Source: Halanaerobiaceae bacterium (GTDB lineage Bacteria > Bacillota > Halanaerobiia > Halanaerobiales > Halarsenatibacteraceae). From it: a DNA stretch of 39,547 bases. Made by a program: the position numbers and the translations under genes. A model generated the notes under the pieces. It saw nothing but the letters and a program-made list of their open reading frames with translations. It made no database searches and was not told the origin of the DNA. Below, piece after piece: positions 9,364 to 18,722 of this stretch (position 1 is the stretch's first letter; every line of letters begins with the position of its first letter). The stretch is taken from assembly GCA_007130465.1 (NCBI GenBank), contig SLSL01000055.1, forward strand, positions 1-39,547. Reading direction: 5' to 3'.

Positions 9364-10629
9364 TTATAAATCGCCATCAATCTCTACTTCTTCATCGAGT
9401 TCTTCATCAGCCTCTAAATCATCGGTATCTAGCTCTTCAAGTTCCTCAGTATCTAATTCATCAATATCTTCATCAGCAGGAGGTAAAGCATCCCCTGTTC
9501 CTATATCCTGCATTTCCTGCTGCAATTCTATAAATTTATTCATTTCATTTGAAGCTCGTTCTTCATCGCCTAATTCATTAAATGCTAGATTCAACTGATA
9601 TCTTGCCATCAAATTTTCACCGGCATAATCTGAAGCAAGATCATATTTCTCTGTCGCTTTATCAATATTGCCTTCCTCGCTATAAATTTCTCCAAAATGG
9701 AAGGCAACTTCCCAGCTTTCAGGATGTTCTTCCATTGCTATATCCATTGTTTCTACAGCATTCTCAAAATCATTATCATAATAATAGCTTTCGGCTAAAT
9801 AAATATAAAGTGCTGGGTCATTCTGCATTTCAATTGCCTCATAAAAACTTTCTCGAGCATTAGCAAACTCATCATTTTGATAATATCTCATACCTCTTAA
9901 GGCAGCATCATAAATTTCGATTTCAGCAGAATCTCTAGCTTCAGATAACCAGGCTTCAAAGTTTTCATCTTCTAATTCAGATATTAAGCTATCTCTAATA
10001 TCATTCTTTGCAGATTCTTTTTCTTCATCTGTCATCTCATTTATATCTTCTTCAGAATATTCTTGCTCAAATCTTTCTTCAACTAAATCCTCGTCCACTT
10101 CTACTGTTCCATGAATATCTTCTATAGTTGCTTCAACTATATTCTGTTGTTGAATTGAAGCTCTAACACTATCCCTGAAATCCTCAATAGTAAATCCTTG
10201 ATTAGCCATTATTTCTTCAAGCTCTTCCATACTAATCTGATTCTGTTCTAAAATTTGATTTATTGCCTCTTCAACTTCTTCTTCACCTACATCAGCATCT
10301 ATACCTCGCTCTTGAGCTTCAAGATGGAGTAATCTTTCTTCTATAAGGGAATTTAATATACTTAATCTAAATGGTAACATCTGAGTTCTAGAAAATTGAG
10401 CTGTCTGTTGAGCGTAATTCTGTAACATATTAAAATATTGCTGCCTGGAAATTTCATCTCCATTTACTGAAGCAATAGCATCATCAACATCCATTGACTG
10501 CTGCTGACCTCCACCACCAGTTCCACCACCCATATAAGCTCCATAACCCATAAAAGCTCCTGTTATGGCAAAAGCTAATACAACTAAATAAACAACAATT
10601 TTACTGTTTTTTCTCAATTCATTAAACAT
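9364..10629 (-). CDS. Membrane-anchored SurA/PpiD N-terminal-domain protein with TPR repeats and an acidic tail
   Basis: N-terminal TM segment, IASVNGDEIS...LNSLIEERLL..EA (SurA_N signature), about 4 TPR-like repeats in the C-terminal half, no recognisable rotamase domain. Confidence 0.7.
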   Translation of the reverse strand: MFNELRKNSKIVVYLVVLAFAITGAFMGYGAYMGGGTGGGGQQQSMDVDDAIASVNGDEISRQQYFNMLQNYAQQTAQFSRTQMLPFRLSILNSLIEERLLHLEAQERGIDADVGEEEVEEAINQILEQNQISMEELEEIMANQGFTIEDFRDSVRASIQQQNIVEATIEDIHGTVEVDEDLVEERFEQEYSEEDINEMTDEEKESAKNDIRDSLISELEDENFEAWLSEARDSAEIEIYDAALRGMRYYQNDEFANARESFYEAIEMQNDPALYIYLAESYYYDNDFENAVETMDIAMEEHPESWEVAFHFGEIYSEEGNIDKATEKYDLASDYAGENLMARYQLNLAFNELGDEERASNEMNKFIELQQEMQDIGTGDALPPADEDIDELDTEELEELDTDDLEADEELDEEVEIDGDL

Positions 10630-10655
10630 TAATATAAATACCTCCTATTAATCAA

Positions 10656-11270
10656 TTAATAATAATATTCTTTAAATTCTTTAATAGTAGTCTCTGGACC
10701 ATGTCCAGGGAAAACTATAGTCTCTTCTGGAAGTTCAATTAAATTTCTAATAGATTTATTTAAGTCATCCATGTTGCCTCCAGGAAGATCAGTTCTACCT
10801 ACCCCATTTTTAAAAATTGTATCTCCACTAAACAATAAGCTTTTGTTTTTATTATAAAGACTTACACTTCCTGGACTATGCCCTGGACAGTAAAATATTT
10901 CTATTTCAGTATTACCAATAATCAAATAATCTTTTAATTCGAGAAAAAAATCGGCTTCTGGACTTTTAATTTTAGTTCCCATATACTCTGACAGATTCTT
11001 TTCTGGATCGGAAAGCTTCTCTGCTTCTTTTCTGCTAATACCTAATTTTACATTGAAATTATTTTTTAAAAATTCATTTCCCCCGATATGATCAAAATGA
11101 CTATGGGTATTAATAATATATTTTAAATTAAGGCCATATTCTTCAATTTTATCTTTTATTTCTGAAACTTCTTTTGCAGAACCAGGATCAATAATTATAG
11201 CTTCATTTGAATCCCAGATCAAATAACCATTTACAGAGTTAATATTAAAAGCAAATCTCAAATAATCTAT
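10656..11270 (-). CDS. MBL-fold metallo-hydrolase (glyoxalase II-like, YcbL/GloC family)
   Basis: IIDPG, THSHFDHIGG, PGHSPG, FSGDTIF..GVGRTDLPGG, PGHGPETT. Start is either ATA at 11270 or TTG at 11261. Confidence 0.9.
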   Translation of the reverse strand: MDYLRFAFNINSVNGYLIWDSNEAIIIDPGSAKEVSEIKDKIEEYGLNLKYIINTHSHFDHIGGNEFLKNNFNVKLGISRKEAEKLSDPEKNLSEYMGTKIKSPEADFFLELKDYLIIGNTEIEIFYCPGHSPGSVSLYNKNKSLLFSGDTIFKNGVGRTDLPGGNMDDLNKSIRNLIELPEETIVFPGHGPETTIKEFKEYYY

Positions 11271-11295
11271 TCAAATCACCTCCAGAAAAATTAAA

Positions 11296-11745
11296 CTAGA
11301 ATTCTTTCTTGCTATCTATCAGCAATGTAACTGGACCATCATTATTTAAAGTTAGATTCATATAAGCTTTAAATTCACCATTAGCATATCCTAATCCAGT
11401 TTCTTTAATTTTCTTTATAAAATAATCATATAACTTCTCTGCTTTATCTGGCGAAGCGGCCTGACTATACCCTGGTCTTCTACCTGACCTGCAGTCTCCA
11501 TAGAGAGTAAATTGAGAGACAATCATAATCTCTTTATCCAAATCTTTTACTGATAAGTTCATCTTGCCATCTTCATCATCAAAAATTCTTAAATTAACAA
11601 TTTTATCAACCAGATAATCTACATCTTCTTTACTGTCTTCGTCTCCCACTCCAAGCAAAATACATAAACCTTCATCTATTGAACCTATTACCTCATTGTC
11701 AACTTCAACTTCCGATTCAAGTACTCTCTGTACAACGGCCCTCAT
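11296..11745 (-). CDS. dtd: D-aminoacyl-tRNA deacylase
   Basis: MRAVVQRV, SQFTL, NDGPVT; located downstream of rel. Confidence 0.97.
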   Translation of the reverse strand: MRAVVQRVLESEVEVDNEVIGSIDEGLCILLGVGDEDSKEDVDYLVDKIVNLRIFDDEDGKMNLSVKDLDKEIMIVSQFTLYGDCRSGRRPGYSQAASPDKAEKLYDYFIKKIKETGLGYANGEFKAYMNLTLNNDGPVTLLIDSKKEF

Positions 11746-11760
11746 AAACTACCTCCTATA

Positions 11761-13899
11761 TTAACTAGGTTTTGCTCTACTAACAGATAAAACTCCAGAA
11801 ATATTTTCTATCTTTCTAATTAGATCATACATATGCTCTCTACTACTTAATTGAACAGTTATCTTAACATATGCCTGATTATATTTATTGCTATTAGCTA
11901 TTACAGAATGCAATTCTATTTTCTCATTAGATATCAAACTTGTAATATCATTTAATAATGCTGATTTATTAACAGCTTTAATGACCAGATCTACCTGGTA
12001 AGAGTCAGATCTCTGATTATTCCACTTTACATCAATAAATCTATCCTCGTCATCTAAACTTTTAAGATTTGGACAATCAGATCTATGAACAGATACTCCT
12101 CTCCCCCTTGTGATATAACCAATAATATCATCTCCAGGAACAGGATTACAACACTGAGCTACCCTTACTAATATATCATCCATTTCTTTAACTTGAATCC
12201 CTTTATCAGGGCTTTTCTTTTTAGGAGTTGTAATTAGATCCTTTAATTCATCTTTTTGTTTGTACTTATCAGGTAGTTTCTTTAAGGCCTGTTTTACAGC
12301 AACCTGATCATACCCAATAGCCTCAAATAATGATTCTGGATTATCTCTTCCTAAATTTTTTGCAAGATCTTTTATAACCTTATTCTTTTCAGAATCAGGA
12401 ATATCTACTTTTTCTTTATTAAAATAATCAAATAATGTCTTTTTCCCGTTTGCAACAATCTGTTCTTTCTGCTGTTGTTTAAACCAGCGTTTGATTTTAC
12501 TCCTGGCTCTCGAAGTCTTAACAAATTTTAACCAATCTCTTGTTGGACCAGTACTGCTATTGGATGTTAAAATTTCTACAAAATCACCATTCTCAAGCTT
12601 ATATTCCAGGGGAACTATTTTGCCATTAACCTTAGCACCTACACAGTTATGACCTACCTCTGTATGAATATTATAAGCAAAATCAACTGGTGTTCCTCCT
12701 CTAGGGAGAGAAATTACATCGCCCTGAGGTGTAAATACAAATACTTCATCTTCAAATAAATCAATCTTTAAGGTCTCAATAAATTCATGAGGCTCCTGTA
12801 AATCTTTCTGCCATTCAAGCAACTGCCTTAACCAGGATAACTTCTCTTCAAAATCTTCATTATCATTATCCCCTTCTTTATATCTCCAGTGAGCTGCAAT
12901 ACCATATTCTGCTGTTCTATGCATTTCAGGGGTTCTAATTTGAACTTCTAAAGGATCTCCTTTTGGACCAATAACTGTAGTATGAAGTGATTGATACATA
13001 TTAGATTTAGGCATTGCAATATAATCCTTGAACCTACCTGGCATAGGTTTCCATAAATCATGAATTACTCCTAAAACTTCATAACATTCCCTAACAGAAT
13101 TAACAATTACTCTAATAGCAGTTAAATCATATACTTCACTAAAATCTACTTCTTTTCTTTCCATCTTCTGATAGATACTATATAAATGTTTCGGCCTCCC
13201 ATAAATTTCAGCATCTATCTTCTGTTCAGATAATTTATCTTCAATATGAGAAATAGCTTTTTTTATCTCCTGCTCTCTTTCTTTTCTATTAGCAGCAACT
13301 TTTCTGGAAATTTCATAATACATATCAGGTCTCAAATATCTAAAACTCAAATCTTCTAACTCCCACTTCAATCTGGACATACCTAACCTGTGAGCAAGTG
13401 GTGCATAAATTTCTAAGGTTTCTTGAGCTTTCTCAACCTGTTTATATTTCTTCATATAACCCAATGTTCTCATATTATGAAGCCTATCCGTTAATTTAAT
13501 CAGTACAACTCGAATATCATCAGCCATAGCAAGAAACATCTTACGCAAACTCTCGGCCTGCTGTTCTTCTTTAGTTTTAAATTCTAATTTAGTAAGCTTA
13601 GTAACACCATCAACAAGGAGTGCCACCTCTTCACTAAATTCCTTAACAATATCTTCTCTTTTTATTTCAGTGTCTTCTAAAACATCATGAAGAATAGCAC
13701 CTATAATAGTTGTTAAATCTAATTCAAGCTCAGATAAAATATAAGCAACACCTAAAGGATGCTCATAGTAAGGTTCCCCAGAAACCCTATATTGTCCTTT
13801 GTGAGCAGAATGACAAAGATCGAATGCTTTCTTTAATTTATCTATATCTGGATCTTCCATATAAGTATTTATTTTTTTAATTATTTTATTAAGATCCAT
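11761..13899 (-). CDS. relA: Bifunctional (p)ppGpp synthetase/hydrolase Rel
   Basis: HKGQYR.SGEPY..HP, LHDVLED (intact HD), DRLHNMRT, RFKDY (RxKD), TGS, CC and ACT domains. ATG at 13899 follows AGGAG. Confidence 0.96.
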   Translation of the reverse strand: MDLNKIIKKINTYMEDPDIDKLKKAFDLCHSAHKGQYRVSGEPYYEHPLGVAYILSELELDLTTIIGAILHDVLEDTEIKREDIVKEFSEEVALLVDGVTKLTKLEFKTKEEQQAESLRKMFLAMADDIRVVLIKLTDRLHNMRTLGYMKKYKQVEKAQETLEIYAPLAHRLGMSRLKWELEDLSFRYLRPDMYYEISRKVAANRKEREQEIKKAISHIEDKLSEQKIDAEIYGRPKHLYSIYQKMERKEVDFSEVYDLTAIRVIVNSVRECYEVLGVIHDLWKPMPGRFKDYIAMPKSNMYQSLHTTVIGPKGDPLEVQIRTPEMHRTAEYGIAAHWRYKEGDNDNEDFEEKLSWLRQLLEWQKDLQEPHEFIETLKIDLFEDEVFVFTPQGDVISLPRGGTPVDFAYNIHTEVGHNCVGAKVNGKIVPLEYKLENGDFVEILTSNSSTGPTRDWLKFVKTSRARSKIKRWFKQQQKEQIVANGKKTLFDYFNKEKVDIPDSEKNKVIKDLAKNLGRDNPESLFEAIGYDQVAVKQALKKLPDKYKQKDELKDLITTPKKKSPDKGIQVKEMDDILVRVAQCCNPVPGDDIIGYITRGRGVSVHRSDCPNLKSLDDEDRFIDVKWNNQRSDSYQVDLVIKAVNKSALLNDITSLISNEKIELHSVIANSNKYNQAYVKITVQLSSREHMYDLIRKIENISGVLSVSRAKPS

Positions 13900-13929
13900 A
13901 TAAACTCTCCTAATTAAAAACAAACAAAT

Positions 13930-14442
13930 TTAGTCACTAATTAATGAATAAACTTTATAACCTTCTAGTTCTTCTCTTCCTTTTAATGCTTCTAATTCTA
14001 GTAAAAAACCAATACCTATAACTTCACCATCTAGTTGTTCTATTAAGCTAATTGCCGCTCTGGTAGTACCACCGGTAGCTAATAAATCATCTATTAATAG
14101 TACTTTATCCCCTGATTTTATTGCATCTTTATGAACTTCAATAGTATTTGTACCATATTCTAACTCATATTCAGCTGAAATAACTTCGGCAGGTAATTTG
14201 CCAGGTTTTCTAATAGGTATAAAACCTTTATCTAATCTCATAGCTATCTGAGGTCCAAACAAAAAGCCTCTTGCTTCAATAGCTGCAACATAATCAATCT
14301 CAAACTCAGAATAATATTCAACCATTTTATCGATAACATAATTATAAATTTTAGGATCATGCAAAATCGGAGTAATATCTTTAAATAAAATCCCCTCTTT
14401 AGGAAAGTCTGGTATCTCTCTGATAAACTCCTTAATATTCAT
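13930..14442 (-). CDS. apt: Adenine phosphoribosyltransferase
   Basis: IPDFPKEGILFKDITP, EARGF, RKPGKLP, YELEYG, IDDLLATGGT. Confidence 0.97.
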   Translation of the reverse strand: MNIKEFIREIPDFPKEGILFKDITPILHDPKIYNYVIDKMVEYYSEFEIDYVAAIEARGFLFGPQIAMRLDKGFIPIRKPGKLPAEVISAEYELEYGTNTIEVHKDAIKSGDKVLLIDDLLATGGTTRAAISLIEQLDGEVIGIGFLLELEALKGREELEGYKVYSLISD

Positions 14443-14480
14443 TATAATAAATCCTCCTTTAATTAATTTTCAACATTAAT

Positions 14481-14509
14481 ATTATATACTATTAGACGCA
14501 ATAAGTCCA
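14481..14509 (-). promoter_or_regulatory. Putative sigma-A promoter of the apt-rel-dtd...hisS-aspS operon
   Basis: TGGACT(14504-14509)-17 nt-TATAAT(14481-14486). Confidence 0.6.
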
Positions 14510-14542
14510 ATTATAAATATTGTTGATAACTAGACTTCTAAC

Positions 14543-14572
14543 AAAAAAACTCTGATAATAAATATCAGAGTT
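14543..14572 (-). terminator. Intrinsic terminator after the UbiB-kinase gene
   Basis: AACTCTGATA-TTTAT-TATCAGAGTT followed by TTTTT. Confidence 0.8.
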
Positions 14573-16241
14573 AAAATCTACCTGATCTCAAAATAGAAAT
14601 AACTAGCCATATTCCCATTATGCCTGCCATTGAGTACCCAATAAACCCTAAAACTGGAACTCCTCTAACAAGAGGTTCTATTTCTGATTGAATTATCATA
14701 GAAGATCCAATAATAAGAGATGATATAATCATACTAATTGAAATTCTATTAGATGCAAAATCAATCTCTTTTATCAGTTTGTCCAAATTCATATGTTTAA
14801 AATTTATTGACAATCGATCATTTTTAATCATTTTAATTATCTCTGATATATCTGAAGGATAGTTTTTAATATCATTTACCAATCTCCAAAGCTTCAAAGA
14901 GACTCTTTTAAAAACATTGTTAGGTTTCAATCTATCAAAGATTAAATCCTGAATAAACTCATTACCAATTTCAACAATATTAAACTCCGGGTCTAAAGTA
15001 GAGCCAACTCCTTCATTTAAACTTAAAGCTCTAAATAACAGAAAAAATTCCTGAGGAAGTCTAATATGATGTTTAAATACAATCTTTTGTAAATCCTCAA
15101 ATAATAATTTAAAATTAATATCTTCTAATCTTCTATTATAATAATTATATATAAATTCTTCTATATCTAATTTGAATTTTCTTGTATTTAAACCAGATGG
15201 CATATCCCCAATTTCTAGTATTGTATCAGTAATAACTTCAACATTTCTTCTCAATAATGCAGCAAAAAGAAGAGAAAATAAATCTCTATCTTCGCTTGAT
15301 ATCTGACCCATCATACCAAAATCTATATAGGCTATTTTATTGCCATTTATAATAAAAATATTGCCTGGATGAGGATCGGCATGAAAGAACCCATGAATCA
15401 TTACCTGCCTCAAAAATGAATGAGCACCAAGTCTTGAAAGCTTTTTGTTTTCAATATCTTCATAAGAATCTATTTCACTTAGTTTCTTACCCTGTATTTC
15501 TTCCATTATTAATACTCTTTTAGTAGAATATTTTTCATATGCTTTCGGGCTAATTATTGAATCGTTTTCTGCAAAATTCGCCTGGAATCTTTTAATATTA
15601 GATAATTCCTGTTTAAAATTTAACTCTTTTTTTAAACTCTCTTTAAATTCTTCAACTAACCCTACTGGATCAATAAATTCAGGTAATATATTTCTTTCTA
15701 CAGCTAATTCAGCCAGATCAGTAATTATTTCTAAATCCACATTTATTTTATCCTGAATATATGGTCTTTGAACTTTTACCATAACCGGTTCTCCATTACT
15801 TAAAATTGCCCTGTGAGTCTGGGCAATAGATGCACCGGCTGTAGCCTCTTTATCAAAATCTTCAAATACCTTCTCCTGATAATTCTCACCTAGTTCTTCT
15901 TTTAATAAAATATCTACTTGATCAAATCCAACAGGAGGAACTTTATCCTGGAGTTTTTTGAACTCAGATATATATTCAGGTGGAAATATATCAGGTCTGG
16001 TACTCAAAATTTGGCCCAACTTTACATAAGTTGGGCCTAGTTCCTGAAAAACCTGTCTTAATCTAACAGGTAAACTAATATCATCTGGAGTATCACTTAT
16101 TTCAAGTCTTTCTTTAAGCGGAACAAATTTCTTCAAATCAAATCTATCCAGAATAAATCCAAGGCCATTTTTTACAAAAACCTGACTTATCTGTCTATAT
16201 CTTTGAAGATGCTTATATTTTTTTCTGATATTTAAAGCCAT
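14571..16241 (-). CDS. UbiB/AarF/ABC1 family atypical kinase
   Basis: ELGPTYVKLGQILSTRPD (KxGQ), AGASIAQ A-rich loop, VKVQRP, FFHADPHPGN, IDFGM, two C-terminal TM helices. Confidence 0.93.
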   Translation of the reverse strand: MALNIRKKYKHLQRYRQISQVFVKNGLGFILDRFDLKKFVPLKERLEISDTPDDISLPVRLRQVFQELGPTYVKLGQILSTRPDIFPPEYISEFKKLQDKVPPVGFDQVDILLKEELGENYQEKVFEDFDKEATAGASIAQTHRAILSNGEPVMVKVQRPYIQDKINVDLEIITDLAELAVERNILPEFIDPVGLVEEFKESLKKELNFKQELSNIKRFQANFAENDSIISPKAYEKYSTKRVLIMEEIQGKKLSEIDSYEDIENKKLSRLGAHSFLRQVMIHGFFHADPHPGNIFIINGNKIAYIDFGMMGQISSEDRDLFSLLFAALLRRNVEVITDTILEIGDMPSGLNTRKFKLDIEEFIYNYYNRRLEDINFKLLFEDLQKIVFKHHIRLPQEFFLLFRALSLNEGVGSTLDPEFNIVEIGNEFIQDLIFDRLKPNNVFKRVSLKLWRLVNDIKNYPSDISEIIKMIKNDRLSINFKHMNLDKLIKEIDFASNRISISMIISSLIIGSSMIIQSEIEPLVRGVPVLGFIGYSMAGIMGIWLVISILRSGRF

Positions 16242-16255
16242 ATTATTATCCCACT

Positions 16256-16573
16256 TTATAGTTCAGAATTATTTTGAGATGCTCCATTTTTAAGTTTAAT
16301 TAGCTTTGTTTCAAGACGAGCAACCCGCTCCTTTAATTTATCAAACTCTTCGACTCTAACAACCCCGAGTTCATCAAGTTTTTCATCAAAGATATCTTCT
16401 AATTTATCTTTTTGCTCATCACCCTTTTGTTGCCAGCGTTTAATTAACTCTTTACCCTGCTTTTTAGTTAACTCTCCCTCTTCAACTAAAGATTGAACTA
16501 ACTCTTCTAACTTATTAATTGTTAAATCAAGGGAACCAATGCCGCGATATAATAATTCTTCTAACTTACTCAT
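16256..16573 (-). CDS. Small helical phasin-like / coiled-coil protein
   Basis: GIG.L.LT..KLEELVQSLVEEGELT..QG pattern of the phasin-like (COG3937-type) family, C-terminal EEFDKLKERVARLE coil, RBS GGGGGAG. Confidence 0.7.
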   Translation of the reverse strand: MSKLEELLYRGIGSLDLTINKLEELVQSLVEEGELTKKQGKELIKRWQQKGDEQKDKLEDIFDEKLDELGVVRVEEFDKLKERVARLETKLIKLKNGASQNNSEL

Positions 16574-16596
16574 TTTAACTCCCCCTATAATAAATT

Positions 16597-17481
16597 TTAT
16601 TGAGCAGCTTCAATTCTATCCTGCCAGCCAACCAAAATAGGACTAGCAACAAATATAGATGAATAAGTTCCAACTGCCATACCAACAAAAAGAGCTAACA
16701 TAAATGTTTGGATTGCTGCTCCACCGAATAAATAAATTGCCAGAATAGCAACTAAAGTAGTCATCGATGTATTAATTGATCTTGGCAAGGTGTCAACAAC
16801 TGCTCTATTTGCTAGTTCTTCAAATGGACTCCTCTTGTGGAGTTTCATATTTTCTCTGATTCGATCAAAGATTACAATAGTATCATTAATTGAATAACCT
16901 ATTATAGTTAATAATGCTGCTATAAACGCAGTATTAATTTCTCTTCCAAGTATTGCAAAAACACCAATTGTAAAGACAACATCATGGGCTAAAGTCATTA
17001 AAGCTGCAATTGCAAATTTAAACTCAAATCTAAAGCTTATATATATAACTATTGCTACACCTGCAACTAATAAAGCTAAAATACCCTGTCTTCTTAATTC
17101 TTCACCTATAACAGGTCCAACTGATTCACTTCTTAAAAGATCAGTCCCTTCAAATCGATCTTCCATAGCATTATTCACTTCTTGAATTTCTTCCTGACTT
17201 AATTCTGATGCTCTAATAATTACTCCATATTCCTCTGCATCACTACTATCTTGCAATTGAGCTTCAGTAGCTATATTAATATCCTGTAAAACTGATCTCA
17301 CCTGTTCAGTGTCAACAGCTTCAGTAAAAGAATATTCAATTATAGAACCACCCTGAAAGTCTATTCCTAAATTCAATCCATTAATAACCAGAAATAGTAA
17401 TGCAACTACCATGAATACAATTGATATAGTAAACCATATTTTCTTTTTTGACATTAAATCCAGATTTTCAGTAAACTTCAT
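16597..17481 (-). CDS. secF: Protein translocase subunit SecF
   Basis: GLNLGIDFQGG, VGPVIG, YISFRF, HD, IGYSINDTIVIFDRIRE, RSINTS, GTYSSIFVA. Confidence 0.96.
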   Translation of the reverse strand: MKFTENLDLMSKKKIWFTISIVFMVVALLFLVINGLNLGIDFQGGSIIEYSFTEAVDTEQVRSVLQDINIATEAQLQDSSDAEEYGVIIRASELSQEEIQEVNNAMEDRFEGTDLLRSESVGPVIGEELRRQGILALLVAGVAIVIYISFRFEFKFAIAALMTLAHDVVFTIGVFAILGREINTAFIAALLTIIGYSINDTIVIFDRIRENMKLHKRSPFEELANRAVVDTLPRSINTSMTTLVAILAIYLFGGAAIQTFMLALFVGMAVGTYSSIFVASPILVGWQDRIEAAQ

Positions 17482-17487
17482 GAATCA

Positions 17488-18693
17488 TTACCCCTCCCTA
17501 ACACCAAATGAACTTGCTGATTGTAATAGATTTGTACCAGAACTCAAATCTATGAGAGTTTTAGTTACAAAGAATGCATTAAACATACTAACTACTATAC
17601 CTATTATTAGTGTTACCGCAAAACCTCTAATCGCTCCACTGGTAAAATAAGCTAAAATAGAAGCAGTTATTAATGTAGTAACATTTGCATCAACTATTGT
17701 CATATAAGCTCTTTTAAAACCAGCATCAATTGCTGCTCTTAATGTTTTGCCACTCTTTCTCTCATCTTTTATTCTTTCAAATATAATTATATTAGCATCT
17801 ACAGCCATACCAATTGATAATATTAGTCCAGCAATACCAGGCAAAGTTAAAACTGCCTGTAACCCTGATAAAGTACCCATAAATATAATTCCATATATAA
17901 TCAATGAAATAGCTGCTATTAAACCAGGGAACTTATAATAAAATACAATATATGCAGCTACTAAAAGTAAACCAAGTAAGCCAGCTCTGATACTCTGTTG
18001 AATAGCTATTGCTCCAAGAGTAGGTCCAACTGTTCTGCTTTCAATCACTTCTACTGGAACAGGTAATGCACCTTCACGAATCAAAATTGCATGTTCCTGG
18101 GCTTCTTCAACACTATTATAACCAGTAATCTGACCAGAATCTCTTATTACTGCCTGTATAGTTGGATTAGTAAGCCTTTCTTCATCTAAATATACACCCA
18201 TCTGTTGTCCCATATGCCTTCTTGTAATATTTTCAAACTCTCTTGCTCCTTCTCTATTTAAACTAAAGGTTACAACAGGCCTTCCATGTTCATCATGACT
18301 TGCCCTGGCATCATTAATATTTTCTCCTGACATAACAGTTTCTCCATCAATTCTAAATGTTAACATCGCTGTTCTGCCTATTGTAGATATAGCTTCTGAA
18401 GGATTATCAACTGCTGGTAACTCTACAATAATTCGGTCACTACCTTCTCTCTGAATCACAGGCTCAGAAAGCCCTATTTGATTAACCCTTCTTTCTATTA
18501 CACTTAAAATGCCTGTCATAACTTCATTATCAATATCTCTATCTTCAGTTGGCTGCGCCTGTAAAACTATATGGGAACCGCCTTCTAGATCAAGACCTAA
18601 ATTAATCCCATAATATCCGTAAAGGCCGACAGCCATTGCAATAATTAAAACTATCAAACCAATTTTAATCTTACGTTTCTTCTTATACCTCAT
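17488..18693 (-). CDS. secD: Protein translocase subunit SecD
   Basis: LGLDLEGG, GALPVP, VGPTLG, LTLPGIAG, GMAVDANIIIFERIKDE, IVDANVTT. ATG at 18693 has the better RBS spacing. Confidence 0.96.
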   Translation of the reverse strand: MRYKKKRKIKIGLIVLIIAMAVGLYGYYGINLGLDLEGGSHIVLQAQPTEDRDIDNEVMTGILSVIERRVNQIGLSEPVIQREGSDRIIVELPAVDNPSEAISTIGRTAMLTFRIDGETVMSGENINDARASHDEHGRPVVTFSLNREGAREFENITRRHMGQQMGVYLDEERLTNPTIQAVIRDSGQITGYNSVEEAQEHAILIREGALPVPVEVIESRTVGPTLGAIAIQQSIRAGLLGLLLVAAYIVFYYKFPGLIAAISLIIYGIIFMGTLSGLQAVLTLPGIAGLILSIGMAVDANIIIFERIKDERKSGKTLRAAIDAGFKRAYMTIVDANVTTLITASILAYFTSGAIRGFAVTLIIGIVVSMFNAFFVTKTLIDLSSGTNLLQSASSFGVREG

Positions 18694-18722
18694 ATTCATC
18701 CTCCCAACAACAAATAATTAAT

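Noticed and set aside
14470-14526. Imperfect inverted repeat (TCAACA...TGTTGA) flanking the apt promoter
   Set aside because: AT-rich, gapped, and matches no operator I can name
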